Source: a virus. From it: a stretch of DNA of 64,000 nucleotides. The position numbers and the translations under genes are program-made. The stretch is from the IMG/VR virus record IMGVR_UViG_3300033571_019687, positions 69,875 to 133,874 of that record. One strand, written 5' to 3'. Below the pieces are notes generated by a model that saw nothing but the letters and a program-made list of their open reading frames with translations, had not been told where the DNA came from and made no database searches. This document shows positions 1-10,350 of this stretch, piece after piece (position 1 is the first letter of the stretch; each line of letters starts with the position of its first letter).

Positions 1-1
1 C

Positions 2-2515
2 AGCCTAGCATCAGCACAAAATAATAGGTATAACAAAGTAATTCAAGAATACATATCTCAGTTTATTATTGTAAGAAATGACGAATTTATAGATTTAGAT
101 AATGACTTTTATAAATTACCATTTTTACCAAATATTTTGTATAATGTTTCAAATGATACAGAATTTGCGACTAGTTTAATTGGGACATTTGATATGAACG
201 GCATTAATGTTAACTTATTTGATAAGTTAAAAGAACAGTCACCTTATGTCAATGATATTACTTTAAGTGGTATTAGGGATAGTAAAATGATACCTTATAC
301 TCTATCAACTGGTAGTAGATTTAACAGTAATTCTATATCATTTAATTATATTACTCAATTAGAATCTGATAAAATTGCTGCTAGAAACAATTTGATTAAT
401 AATCATATAATTAATACACATAAGTTAATTCGTTATTCGTTAAATAAACTTAAGTTAAAACTATTACAGTACACAAATTCTAATAGCGAATCGTTTATTT
501 TAGGTAATAATTCAAATAATGATATTGTTAAATTTAAAGCTGATACCTATTATAATTTAAAAGATATACATGATAGATATATATCTTTTGGTTTGGATAG
601 TGAGCGTACATATTTGAAACTTGGTGATAATATACCTATTAATACCAATGTTGATGACATATTATCTAGGGATTTGTTTTATGCATTTAATTTAGACGCT
701 TACTGTAATACAAATATTGGTGGTGTTAAAAAGAGCGGGTTCTTTTACAATACATTAAAAATAGTAGATAAAGGTAACAACGACATTGGTCATAAAATGT
801 ATGTGGATTTGGTAGATTTAAAATCAATACTTAATATTAAGGTTGATAATACATTTAATGTTGAGACATTAACTAAAACAACGTATTTTGGATTATTATC
901 TAATATAGCCAAGAATAATAAATTTTTAATGCACACCATTTCAACCTATGCTAATTTTACATCGGCAATAGGGAATGAAACTCCGCAAGAATATGCAAAT
1001 AAGTTATTTGGTCAACATACTACATTAGCAAGGATTGATAATACACCATCTTTGGTATTTCAATTAGCTTCATTAACATCTGAATCTAATAGTAACATAT
1101 TATATAATCCGATGAATACGTTTTGTATGGATATTGATACAACAGATAATGTAATTAAAGTAATTGATGATCCAAAAGGTAAAATACCGACAGATATATT
1201 AGATGGGGATGGTTATGTATCATCTTTTATTGTTGATTTTGCCAATAAAAACCAAAGTATGTTTAAAAACATAACAGTCAGTACGTCAGAATTTACAAAC
1301 ACAGAGGAATCTATAAAATCATTTGTGAATATGGTGAGTAATACTGCTGAAACCAAGGCAATTGTTTCTAGTAATAACTTATTTAATATCATTCAAAGTA
1401 GATCATATACAGCACAGGTTACGTCTATGCTTAATATGACTATACAACCATTATCATATTTTTATCTTAAGAATGTACCTATATTCTATGGTAGTTATTG
1501 GATAACAAATATAAAACATGAAATTCAAGGTAATAGTGGTACTACTACATTTAAGGGTGTTAGACAACCTATAATGTCTTTTGCTGATAATAGGAATACC
1601 ATCATAAAATATCTCGTTGATATCTTAGAGAAAGCGGTTACATATAGCGAAGAAAATACCGGTAAAACAAATTCATTATTGCCTTATGATAATGTTAATA
1701 CTAATTTTGTTACTGTATTCACTAAAACCGGAAAGTCGGCAATTATAAAAGTACCTATTAAGTTATCTAATGTACAAACACCTACACAAACACCTACACA
1801 AACACCGACTAATAACAATACAGTTGTTACACCTCCTGCACCTATTATAAATAATAATTCGGCGACTATTACACCTGATACTGTAAATATTGAACCACAA
1901 GCTCAAGTTAAAACATTACCTAGTATTAGAGCTAGTGTTAATGATGTAAGACTTGTTTTTGAGGAAAGAATAACACAAGCTTCAATAAACGATGATCCGG
2001 AAGAGTTTAAGTTGAAGGTGTTACAGGTAGCATCTGACCTTAAAATTAATCCTAATTGGTTGATGCAAATTATGATGATAGAATCTGGTATAAATACTAG
2101 GATTATAAATAGCATAAAAGCTGTAGGTTTAATACAATTTGTTAAATCTACTGCTAAAAATCTCGGCACAAACACAACTGAGTTGGCTAATATGAAGGGT
2201 ACTGAACAATTAGATTATGTGTATAAATATTTTAATGCAGCTACAAAAGGGTTCCCTACTTTTTATCATTTATATGCATACACATTTTTACCAATTTTAT
2301 ATAGTAGACTAAATGGTAGAGATGATGAAAGTATTATCCTACCAGATGGTACTGAAAAAGATCCTACGCTATATAAACGTTTAAATAAACCTTTATATAA
2401 TAAAGTTGGTAAAACAACATTTGGTGATTTTAAACGTAAAGTTAATAAAGCATTAAAGCGGTATTTTAATAATACATTAGCCTATAATAATTTTATTAAG
2501 GAAACTATGGTATAA
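2..2515 (+). CDS. Baseplate hub / tail-associated protein with C-terminal lytic transglycosylase (SLT-like) domain; 5'-truncated by the window
   Basis: Frame is open from base 2, so the track start at 137 is not the true start. C-terminal NPNWLMQIMMIESG...AVGLIQF...TAKNLG is a lysozyme-fold/SLT motif with catalytic E. A QTPT/Pro-Thr linker precedes it. Confidence 0.7.
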   Translation, partial: SLASAQNNRYNKVIQEYISQFIIVRNDEFIDLDNDFYKLPFLPNILYNVSNDTEFATSLIGTFDMNGINVNLFDKLKEQSPYVNDITLSGIRDSKMIPYTLSTGSRFNSNSISFNYITQLESDKIAARNNLINNHIINTHKLIRYSLNKLKLKLLQYTNSNSESFILGNNSNNDIVKFKADTYYNLKDIHDRYISFGLDSERTYLKLGDNIPINTNVDDILSRDLFYAFNLDAYCNTNIGGVKKSGFFYNTLKIVDKGNNDIGHKMYVDLVDLKSILNIKVDNTFNVETLTKTTYFGLLSNIAKNNKFLMHTISTYANFTSAIGNETPQEYANKLFGQHTTLARIDNTPSLVFQLASLTSESNSNILYNPMNTFCMDIDTTDNVIKVIDDPKGKIPTDILDGDGYVSSFIVDFANKNQSMFKNITVSTSEFTNTEESIKSFVNMVSNTAETKAIVSSNNLFNIIQSRSYTAQVTSMLNMTIQPLSYFYLKNVPIFYGSYWITNIKHEIQGNSGTTTFKGVRQPIMSFADNRNTIIKYLVDILEKAVTYSEENTGKTNSLLPYDNVNTNFVTVFTKTGKSAIIKVPIKLSNVQTPTQTPTQTPTNNNTVVTPPAPIINNNSATITPDTVNIEPQAQVKTLPSIRASVNDVRLVFEERITQASINDDPEEFKLKVLQVASDLKINPNWLMQIMMIESGINTRIINSIKAVGLIQFVKSTAKNLGTNTTELANMKGTEQLDYVYKYFNAATKGFPTFYHLYAYTFLPILYSRLNGRDDESIILPDGTEKDPTLYKRLNKPLYNKVGKTTFGDFKRKVNKALKRYFNNTLAYNNFIKETMV
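1775..1810 (+). repeat. 12-bp in-frame tandem repeat (CAAACACCTACA x2 plus one degenerate copy) encoding a QTPT linker
   Basis: Read directly from the sequence. Confidence 0.85.
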
Positions 2516-2532
2516 TTCTTTTACATAATTGA

Positions 2533-2539
2533 CTATTTA
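2533..2539 (+). promoter_or_regulatory. CTATTTA motif, candidate phage late promoter (representative copy)
   Basis: Recurs in short intergenic gaps before genes at 2533, 12824, 29914, 35025, 44624, 48505, 56785, 60079 (+) and 53546-53552 (-). Confidence 0.55.
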
Positions 2540-2554
2540 CAATAAACATCTATT

Positions 2555-2770
2555 ATGAGTAATTTAGATAACTTAAATAAATCTATCATTGATAGCTTCA
2601 ATGATAAGTTAAAAAAAGCAAAAGAGGAGTCACAAAAAAAAGTGATTGATCCTAAAGATGGTCTTATTCAATATGACAATCTTTTAGAAAAGCCTCTATA
2701 TACCAAAGACGGTAAAGAGCTTTTGACCGAAGAATTACCTATAAGCAACTCATCTAAAAGTTTTCTTTAA
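2555..2770 (+). CDS. Hypothetical protein (71 aa)
   Basis: ORF track; follows CTATTTA; abuts the next gene. Confidence 0.7.
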   Translation: MSNLDNLNKSIIDSFNDKLKKAKEESQKKVIDPKDGLIQYDNLLEKPLYTKDGKELLTEELPISNSSKSFL

Positions 2771-3702
2771 TGGAAAAAACAGTAAATATCTCAAACCCTA
2801 AAGCATTTAAAAGGTTTCAAAAATCAATTGGAAAATTGAGTGAAAACGTCGTTTATAATGTTGATGAATCGAAAAATGAGTTATCATCTTTAAACGAAAG
2901 TGTGTTAGATTTTAAACCAAAAAAAGACCATCTTACTAGGTTCAAAGAGATATTGAACGAAGGTATTCCATATAGATTTTTTGAAGATGAAAATAAAGGT
3001 GGTAATATTGATGCTAATGTAATGACACCAGATCCTGCTATGGCTCAACTGGATCAACCAGAAGAACCTAAACAGGATAATAATGAATTACCAGCACCTA
3101 CTGATAAAGGATTAGTACCTGACAGTCCTGTATCAGAACCTAAACCGGAAGATAACAATTTACCTGCACCTGATATGGGTGGCATCCCTGATTCTGGTAA
3201 TGATTTGCCTCCTATGGATAATGGTATGGATGGTGATGCTGGTACAGAAGAAATTGATGTTACTGAATTAGTTACAAGTACTACTGAATTAAAAGATAAA
3301 ATGGTTAACATTGATAATAGATTCAGTAAAGTATATAAAGATTTAGAAACCATTAATAATAACACTGTTAAAGTAAGTAATGATATTACCGGTTTTATTA
3401 AAGATGTTACTAATACATTACAGTCGTTAACTGCTGAGGTTAATAAAATGAGACCTCCGACAGAAGATGAAAAATTAAGAAGTACATTAGCATCTTCTTA
3501 TCCATTTACAGTAACTGATAAGGATTTTAAAAACGGTAATGCACCAAGAACTGTACAAGACATTCAAGGTAAACAAGTTCAATTTGAACCTGTAAAACAA
3601 AATTCTGGTAATCCATTTGAAAATATGTCAGTAGAAGACTTAAATGCTTTTGTTAGACAATTCCAGAACATAAACAAAATTAGAAACGAAATCACTGGTT
3701 AA
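2770..3702 (+). CDS. Acidic Pro-rich coiled-coil protein, possibly head/scaffold-associated
   Basis: DNNxLPAP-type repeats, LNE motifs, then a heptad-like segment. Confidence 0.45.
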   Translation: MEKTVNISNPKAFKRFQKSIGKLSENVVYNVDESKNELSSLNESVLDFKPKKDHLTRFKEILNEGIPYRFFEDENKGGNIDANVMTPDPAMAQLDQPEEPKQDNNELPAPTDKGLVPDSPVSEPKPEDNNLPAPDMGGIPDSGNDLPPMDNGMDGDAGTEEIDVTELVTSTTELKDKMVNIDNRFSKVYKDLETINNNTVKVSNDITGFIKDVTNTLQSLTAEVNKMRPPTEDEKLRSTLASSYPFTVTDKDFKNGNAPRTVQDIQGKQVQFEPVKQNSGNPFENMSVEDLNAFVRQFQNINKIRNEITG

Positions 3703-3707
3703 TAGTT

Positions 3708-4079
3708 ATGATGAATTTTGAATTTGAACAGGTAATCAATAGATTATCATTTTTAACAGGTGCAACATTACAAACTGTTACTGGTGTTACAGCAGAAGAT
3801 AATGATGAATATGTTATTAAATATGGAACATTTGTTCCGCTTATTGGACCATTAGATATTGTAACAGTAAGAATAGACGGAGTTGATCATAATTTAGTTG
3901 CTAATCAATCTATTTTTATGGAGTGTAGTGAAGTAGAGTTAGTTAGCATGAAACTTGTTAATGCTTCTAATCTTGTTACTTCATTTACAGGAACAACATC
4001 TCCAATAGGACAGGGCTTACAGGCTGATGCTGCTGCTGTTTTACTATACGGCACAAAACACAGAAAAAAAAGTTACTAA
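3708..4079 (+). CDS. Hypothetical protein (123 aa)
   Basis: ORF track; no motif recognised. Confidence 0.65.
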   Translation: MMNFEFEQVINRLSFLTGATLQTVTGVTAEDNDEYVIKYGTFVPLIGPLDIVTVRIDGVDHNLVANQSIFMECSEVELVSMKLVNASNLVTSFTGTTSPIGQGLQADAAAVLLYGTKHRKKSY

Positions 4080-4083
4080 CCTA

Positions 4084-4115
4084 TTTGGTTTTTTCGTAAA
4101 ATCCTTTTATATTTG
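4084..4115 (+). promoter_or_regulatory. Bacteroidota primary-sigma promoter upstream of the SSB gene
   Basis: TTTG (4084-4087), 20 nt, TATATTTG (4108-4115). Confidence 0.8.
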
Positions 4116-4187
4116 TAAAAGAAACTTAAAGTTCTAGCTAGACTTACGTTTATAAATAATTTCGTACACTTAAACAATTTACGTATC

Positions 4188-5204
4188 ATGAGTATTTTAG
4201 ACAAGTACAAATCAATTGACATTGCAGGCTCAGTGCAAGACTACAAAGACCAGAGAGACTGGCAATCAAAGCCGAAAGGCACAATGAGTAACGAAGATCG
4301 TCTAAAAATGTATTTTAGACCGACCATCCCAGCGGGACAAAAAAGCGCCTTTATCAACATTAGGGTACTTCCAATTTCAGCAGATTCAACAGAATGGTTT
4401 ACCAGTGAGTGGTATCATGAAGTTGAAGTCCAAGACAAAGATGGTAAAAAACAACGAGTAAAACTCTACGACCCAAGACTAAACAGCCCAAAAAGAGATG
4501 GTCTATCTCCATTATATAATGTCTATGCTGAGTTAAAACAGGCATTTGATAAAAATGGTGATCAAGCTGCTGGTGATTTAGCTAAACAATTCAAGGCTAA
4601 AGAATTCCATATTTTGAGAATTATTGATAGAGCTAATGAAGCTGATGGTCCTAAATTTTGGAGGATCAAAAAGAAAGACAGATGTGCATTCGATTTGATT
4701 ATGAATGAAATCGAAAGGTTGATTAGAGATGGTGAAAATTGTAATTTTTTACATCCTGAAACCGGATTTGATATTGAATTGACTGTTAATAAGGCAAAGA
4801 TTGGTAATACAGTTTTTGATGATGTAACTGCAACCAGATTTAGTAAACCTAAACCTCTTGCCTCAACTGTAGAACAGATGGAAGAATGGTTATCAGACTC
4901 TAAAACTGTAAGAACAGCATTCCCTATTAAACCTATTGAATATCTTGAAATTGTTGCATCTGGTGGTGTACCAACATGGGATAAGGAATTATCTAAATAT
5001 GTTGATGCTAATGCTGGTATGTATTTGGAAACGCAAGATGATGAAGATGCTACTGTAGGTATTAATATTGTTGCACCAAGTGTTGCGGCACAAAAAACTA
5101 CTGCTACTGTTGGTAAACCTGCTAAAAAAACTAAACAGCCGGAACCTGTTGTAGATGAAGATGACAGTGAAGCAGATGTTGCAGATGACGATATGCCTTT
5201 CTAA
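4188..5204 (+). CDS. T4 gp32-like single-stranded DNA-binding protein
   Basis: N-terminal IRVLP...WYH...CP-like layout, DP/HPETGFDIELT segment, acidic tail ending DDDMPF; lies next to the recombinase. Confidence 0.8.
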   Translation: MSILDKYKSIDIAGSVQDYKDQRDWQSKPKGTMSNEDRLKMYFRPTIPAGQKSAFINIRVLPISADSTEWFTSEWYHEVEVQDKDGKKQRVKLYDPRLNSPKRDGLSPLYNVYAELKQAFDKNGDQAAGDLAKQFKAKEFHILRIIDRANEADGPKFWRIKKKDRCAFDLIMNEIERLIRDGENCNFLHPETGFDIELTVNKAKIGNTVFDDVTATRFSKPKPLASTVEQMEEWLSDSKTVRTAFPIKPIEYLEIVASGGVPTWDKELSKYVDANAGMYLETQDDEDATVGINIVAPSVAAQKTTATVGKPAKKTKQPEPVVDEDDSEADVADDDMPF

Positions 5205-5222
5205 GGTAAATCGGTAAAATAA

Positions 5223-5251
5223 GTGGGCAGTTTAATACTGCCCACATTTTT
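5223..5251 (+). terminator. Intrinsic terminator
   Basis: GTGGGCAG / CTGCCCAC stem followed by ATTTTT. Confidence 0.8.
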
Positions 5252-5267
5252 CTAATTAAGTTTAACA

Positions 5268-6281
5268 ATGGCTGTTAAAGATAAAAAAACATTTGACATT
5301 AAAAAACTAATAAAAGATAATTCAAGCTCTACAAAATTTAAAGAGACTTCTTACTATAACTTGGGCCCATCTATGTCTAAATTAGGTATTAATGGTATCC
5401 CAAGGGGTCATATTACCCAAATCATAGGACACTCTGATACAGGTAAAACTACATCAATGTTGCTTGCTATTAAAAGTGCTATGGAGATGGGAGATATTCC
5501 TGTCATAATGATTACAGAAGGTAAGTGGGACTTTAATAGATTAAAACTAGTTGGTGCTCCAATTCACCAAAACGAAGACGGGTCATGGGAAGGTAATTTT
5601 ATTTATAGAGATGATTTGAATACTGTTGAAGAGTGGGGTGAGTTTATTAATGATTTATTAAAACAACAAGAAAAATCACCAGAACCTTTCAATTTATTCT
5701 TTTGTACAGATTCTATTGGTACAATCCCTTGTCAAATGACTTATGAAGGTAAAGGGGGTAAACAACATACAGCATCAAAACTTTCTGATATTGTAGGATT
5801 AAATTTACACCATAAAATTACTCGTACAAGAAAAGAGGAATGCCCTTATTACTCAACAATGTTAATTATTAACCAATGTTGGGTATTTACGCCACAAACA
5901 TATATGGCACAGCCTGTATTAAAACCAAAAGGTGGTGAAGCAATCTATACTCATTCTAGTATGGTACTTAAATTTGGTGCAACAACTCACTCAAGCAAAA
6001 CAAAAATTGATGCAGTTAAAGGTGGTAGAAAAGTGTTATTTGGTCATAAGACTAAAATTACATTAGATAAGGATCACATTAACGGTAAAAGTTTTAATGA
6101 TGTTAAAATAATCTCGGTACCTCACGGTTATATTGATGATACTAAAGAAGCAATTGAAGAGTATAAAAAGAAATATTCTGATTATTGGAAAAAAGAGTTA
6201 GATGTTACAAGTCTTGAAGATATTGAATTAGAAGAAAACGAAATTGTTAACACTGATACAGGAGAAATTTACGAAGAATGA
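5268..6281 (+). CDS. uvsX: UvsX/RecA-like recombinase
   Basis: Walker A GHSDTGKTT, Walker B-like DSIG, IINQ and KPKGGEAI motifs. Confidence 0.85.
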   Translation: MAVKDKKTFDIKKLIKDNSSSTKFKETSYYNLGPSMSKLGINGIPRGHITQIIGHSDTGKTTSMLLAIKSAMEMGDIPVIMITEGKWDFNRLKLVGAPIHQNEDGSWEGNFIYRDDLNTVEEWGEFINDLLKQQEKSPEPFNLFFCTDSIGTIPCQMTYEGKGGKQHTASKLSDIVGLNLHHKITRTRKEECPYYSTMLIINQCWVFTPQTYMAQPVLKPKGGEAIYTHSSMVLKFGATTHSSKTKIDAVKGGRKVLFGHKTKITLDKDHINGKSFNDVKIISVPHGYIDDTKEAIEEYKKKYSDYWKKELDVTSLEDIELEENEIVNTDTGEIYEE

Positions 6282-7339
6282 GCCTAATCAATTCAAATAA
6301 AAAGAGGGTAGTTAAAGAACAAAAAACCTTGCTTATTGACGGTGAAAGCCTACTTAAGCAGGGTTTTTATGGTACTAAGGATACTGTAACTAAAAACGGT
6401 AGAATAGCAACTGTATATAACTTTTATAATCAAATTCGTAAAATATATGAAACAGACTTGTTTAATAAAGTTGTTGTATTTTGGGAAGGAGAAGACTCTA
6501 AAAAATATAGACAGAATTACTATTCAAAATATAAAAGCGATAGAGTTACTAGTGAATTAGATCAATACCTTGAAACTGATCTTATGAATAAGCGTTTATT
6601 AGTTAAAAACTGTAATGAAGACCTGTTTATAAGACAGGTTGAAGTATATGGTTGTGAGGCTGATGATGCAATAGCTTTATATTGTAAGATGGCACCAAAT
6701 GAGATTAAAACTATATGTACCAATGATATGGATTTAACTCAGTTAATAGATGTTAATACCAAAGTATATTTGTGGGGTAAGAAGATTTTAGTAAATTTTA
6801 TTAATTTTAAAAGTTACTTTAAATATCACCATGAAAACGTTGGGTTAATTAAGATATTAGCAGGCGATAAGTCAGATAATATAGCTGGATTACAAAATAT
6901 AGGACCTGATACAGTACTAAAACTTTTTCCAGAAATCATAGATAATCCAATCACATTAGATTGGGTTAGAGAAAGGGCTAAACAGTTATTAGATGAAAAT
7001 CCTAAGAGTAATAAAATCAGGACTATTGTAGAAGGTACAGCTAAATGGGGACCAACAGGTGATGATTATTACCATGTTATGAAAACCATCATTGATCTTA
7101 GAGAACCATATTCACCAGAGGAATTAATAACCGAAATTAATGAAGCCATAAATGGTGTTTTAAATCCAGAAGGTAGATCTGGTGTAGAAGGGGTAATAAG
7201 TACGTTTGCTACTTACGGTATCGGAGTATTATTTTCAAGAAAAGATGAATATTTTTTGGAATTCTGGAATCCTTTTCTTAATATTGTAAATACAGAAAAG
7301 AGGAAGTACAACTCTTATCTTGCTAAAACAAATCTTTAA
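6278..7339 (+). CDS. 5'-3' exonuclease / T4 RNase H-like flap nuclease
   Basis: LLIDG, EADDAI, TNDMD, GDKSDNIAG..NIGP motifs. Confidence 0.88.
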   Translation: MSLINSNKKRVVKEQKTLLIDGESLLKQGFYGTKDTVTKNGRIATVYNFYNQIRKIYETDLFNKVVVFWEGEDSKKYRQNYYSKYKSDRVTSELDQYLETDLMNKRLLVKNCNEDLFIRQVEVYGCEADDAIALYCKMAPNEIKTICTNDMDLTQLIDVNTKVYLWGKKILVNFINFKSYFKYHHENVGLIKILAGDKSDNIAGLQNIGPDTVLKLFPEIIDNPITLDWVRERAKQLLDENPKSNKIRTIVEGTAKWGPTGDDYYHVMKTIIDLREPYSPEELITEINEAINGVLNPEGRSGVEGVISTFATYGIGVLFSRKDEYFLEFWNPFLNIVNTEKRKYNSYLAKTNL

Positions 7340-7358
7340 CTATAAATGCGTAATAAGT

Positions 7359-7889
7359 ATGCAAACAACAGAACAACAAACAAAAACAGAGTATCCTTTT
7401 AATCCTAAGACCCAAAAACGTTTAACTATCACTTTATATAGAAACAACAATATTGCGGTTAGGCGTGATTTTATTGTAGGCACAGCAGAAGATACTGGTA
7501 AGGGTGTCTTGGTTTATAATGAGAAATCGTCAAAGGGTATTGACTTAGTTTATCTTGGTTTAGAACATGTAGACATGATTAAGAGGTATTTAAAAGAACA
7601 GACAGTAGTCCATGCATTTGCTTTCCATAAGGAATATTATTTGAATCCGGAATACGACATGATTACTGCTAATAAGAATGATAATTTTAGTTATACATTA
7701 AGTGAAACTAGTGAGGATAATAAAGATGTTAAAGTATTTTTTAGAGAAACTTGGGATGCAACAAATTATCCTGCAACAGTTAGAAACAATGTTAACATTA
7801 GACATTTAACTAAAGAATTTATCAGAGATTTTCAAAGAATTTTAGTAAAAAAACAGGGTATAAATAAGAATAAAAATGCAAATAACTAA
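7359..7889 (+). CDS. Hypothetical protein
   Basis: ORF track 7320-7889; the ATG at 7359 avoids overlap with the upstream gene. Confidence 0.65.
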   Translation: MQTTEQQTKTEYPFNPKTQKRLTITLYRNNNIAVRRDFIVGTAEDTGKGVLVYNEKSSKGIDLVYLGLEHVDMIKRYLKEQTVVHAFAFHKEYYLNPEYDMITANKNDNFSYTLSETSEDNKDVKVFFRETWDATNYPATVRNNVNIRHLTKEFIRDFQRILVKKQGINKNKNANN

Positions 7890-9348
7890 TAAAGATTTTT
7901 CACATTTAGGTGCCGAATACCAATTACAGCTTATAAATGAGATTTTAACTGATAGTAAGTTTGCAGAAAAAATTATTGAAATAATAGAGCCTTCTTTCTT
8001 CCCAAGGGAGGCTCTTGCAAAACTTGTTTTACTGATTAAAAGATATTATGTTAAGCATGAAGTAGCACCATCCTTTTCTGTATTAGATACAGAGGTTAGA
8101 TTAAATACAGAAGATAATGATGCATTTAGAGATCAGTTATTAGAGACATTACAGAATATCAAATCAATAACTGATATTAATTATAATGTACAAGAAACTG
8201 CTCTTGAATTTTGTAAACTTAAAAGAGTTACAAATGTAATAAATGATATTCAAGGTAAACTAAAAAAAGGTGCTATTGATTATAATTTAATTGAGGCTCA
8301 AATAAAAGATGCTATCACATTTAAAGAAGATACAGAAGCATTTAACTTCTATAATAACGTAGAGGATATATTTGATGAACAATTTAGTGAACCAATTCCC
8401 ACAGGTTTACCAGAACTTGATAGATGTTTAAAAAATGGTGGTTTAAATAAAGGTACATTGGGTTTGCTTATAGCACCAACTGGTACCGGTAAAACCACAT
8501 TATTTACTATATTTGCTATAAATGCTTTTCTTGCTGGTTATAACGTACTTCATATCATTTTTGAAGATACAGTAAGGCAAATGAAAAGTAAGTATCTTAA
8601 ATCAATTTATCAAGCGTCAGATGAAGAGTTATTGTTAATTAAGGATAAAGTATTAGAGGAAACAAAGGATCTTAAAAATAGACCTAATAAATTACATACA
8701 ATTAGGTATTCAAGTGATGGTTCAACTACACCTTCTATTCTTAGAAAAGAGATAAAGAAGATTAATGCTAAAAACCCTAAAATCGATTTAGTGATTATTG
8801 ACTATCTTGATTGTATGGATGTTGATTATGCTCAAAGATCTGCTGATGTTAACCATAATGAAGGCAGACTTATTAGAAGCATGGAAAGTATGGCTAGTGA
8901 TGAGAATGTTGCTTTATGGGCGGCAACTCAAGGTGGTAGATCATCAGTTGATAAAGATACTGTAGGTATTGAACAAATTGGCGGTTCAATTAAAAAGGCA
9001 CAAGCCGCCCACGTTATATTAACTATTGCCAAAACTCAAAGTGATAGAGATCAAAAAACTGGTAATATGTTTATTTCAAAAAATAGAGATGGTAAAGATG
9101 GTGTAGAATTTAGAGGTGTTATATTTGATAATGAAAGATGTAAAGTAGATTTAGGTAAAACATTTTCTATTGATGGTTTTGATAAACCAATTAACCCAAC
9201 ATCAGCTAGTGATCATAAGAAAAATACTGAACAAGATACACGTGCTAAAGCTATGGCAAAATATTTATTACAGAAACAAGAAAAAGAAAAACAGTTAAAA
9301 GAATTTGAGGAAACTACTAGTCAAATTAAAGTTCAAGCAGCTATTTAA
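7876..9348 (+). CDS. DnaB-like (T4 gp41-like) replicative helicase
   Basis: IPTGLPELD, Walker A APTGTGKT, IIDYLD, ATQ, KNRDG. Confidence 0.9.
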   Translation: MQITNKDFSHLGAEYQLQLINEILTDSKFAEKIIEIIEPSFFPREALAKLVLLIKRYYVKHEVAPSFSVLDTEVRLNTEDNDAFRDQLLETLQNIKSITDINYNVQETALEFCKLKRVTNVINDIQGKLKKGAIDYNLIEAQIKDAITFKEDTEAFNFYNNVEDIFDEQFSEPIPTGLPELDRCLKNGGLNKGTLGLLIAPTGTGKTTLFTIFAINAFLAGYNVLHIIFEDTVRQMKSKYLKSIYQASDEELLLIKDKVLEETKDLKNRPNKLHTIRYSSDGSTTPSILRKEIKKINAKNPKIDLVIIDYLDCMDVDYAQRSADVNHNEGRLIRSMESMASDENVALWAATQGGRSSVDKDTVGIEQIGGSIKKAQAAHVILTIAKTQSDRDQKTGNMFISKNRDGKDGVEFRGVIFDNERCKVDLGKTFSIDGFDKPINPTSASDHKKNTEQDTRAKAMAKYLLQKQEKEKQLKEFEETTSQIKVQAAI

Positions 9349-9387
9349 ACTTACCTATAAAAATAAACTAAACAAAACAAATAACGT

Positions 9388-10335
9388 ATGGAACCGATTT
9401 TGATTGAAAATCCGGGCAGGTTTGTAATTTTCCCAATAGAACATCAAGATATTTTTGATTTCTATCAGAAACATCAATCTGCCTATTGGACAGCAGAAGA
9501 AGTTGAATTATCAAATGATCTTAATGATTGGAATTCGTTGGATGAAAATTCAAGATATTTCATTAAGAATATACTATCATTTTTTGCTGCGAGTGATGGT
9601 ATAGTAAATGAAAATTTGGCTATGAACTTTTTAAATGAAGTACAATATCCAGAGGCTAAATTCTTTTATGGATTTCAGTTAATGATGGAGAATATTCATA
9701 GCCACATGTATTCATTATTAATTGATACTTATATAAAAAGACATGAAGAAAAACTTGAATGTTTTAATGCCATTGAAACTAATCCTATTGTTAAGAAAAA
9801 GGCTGATTGGGCACTTAAATGGATTAAAAGTGATTCATTTGCTGAGAGACTTTTGGCTTTTGCTGCGGTTGAAGGTATATTTTTTGCTGGTTCGTTTGCT
9901 TCTATTTTTTGGTTAAAAAGTAAAGGTTTAATGCCGGGGCTATCTCAAGCAAATCAGTTTATTTTTAAAGATGAGAATTTACATTGTGAATTTGCATTAC
10001 ATCTTTTTAATAATCATGTAACAAACAAACCTTCAAGAGATAGAATTAAAGAAATCTTTTTATCTGCACTTGAAATTGAAAAAGAATTTATAACTGAGTC
10101 TTTACCAGTATCATTAATTGGTATGAATGCTGATCTAATGAAAAGGTATTTGGAATTTATTGTTGATGAATTACTTCATAAACTAGGTGTGGAAAAACAA
10201 TTTAATGTTACACAACCATTTGATTTTATGAACGGTATTGCAGTTGAAACAAAAACTAATTTCTTTGAAGCAAGACCAGCGGAATATCAAAAAGCAAAAA
10301 CCAATGAAATAATTCAGTTTAACGAAGATTTTTAA
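9388..10335 (+). CDS. nrdB: Ribonucleotide reductase class Ia beta subunit
   Basis: [35 protein letters not shown] di-iron motifs. Confidence 0.96.
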   Translation: MEPILIENPGRFVIFPIEHQDIFDFYQKHQSAYWTAEEVELSNDLNDWNSLDENSRYFIKNILSFFAASDGIVNENLAMNFLNEVQYPEAKFFYGFQLMMENIHSHMYSLLIDTYIKRHEEKLECFNAIETNPIVKKKADWALKWIKSDSFAERLLAFAAVEGIFFAGSFASIFWLKSKGLMPGLSQANQFIFKDENLHCEFALHLFNNHVTNKPSRDRIKEIFLSALEIEKEFITESLPVSLIGMNADLMKRYLEFIVDELLHKLGVEKQFNVTQPFDFMNGIAVETKTNFFEARPAEYQKAKTNEIIQFNEDF

Positions 10336-10350
10336 TAAACAGTAACAAAA

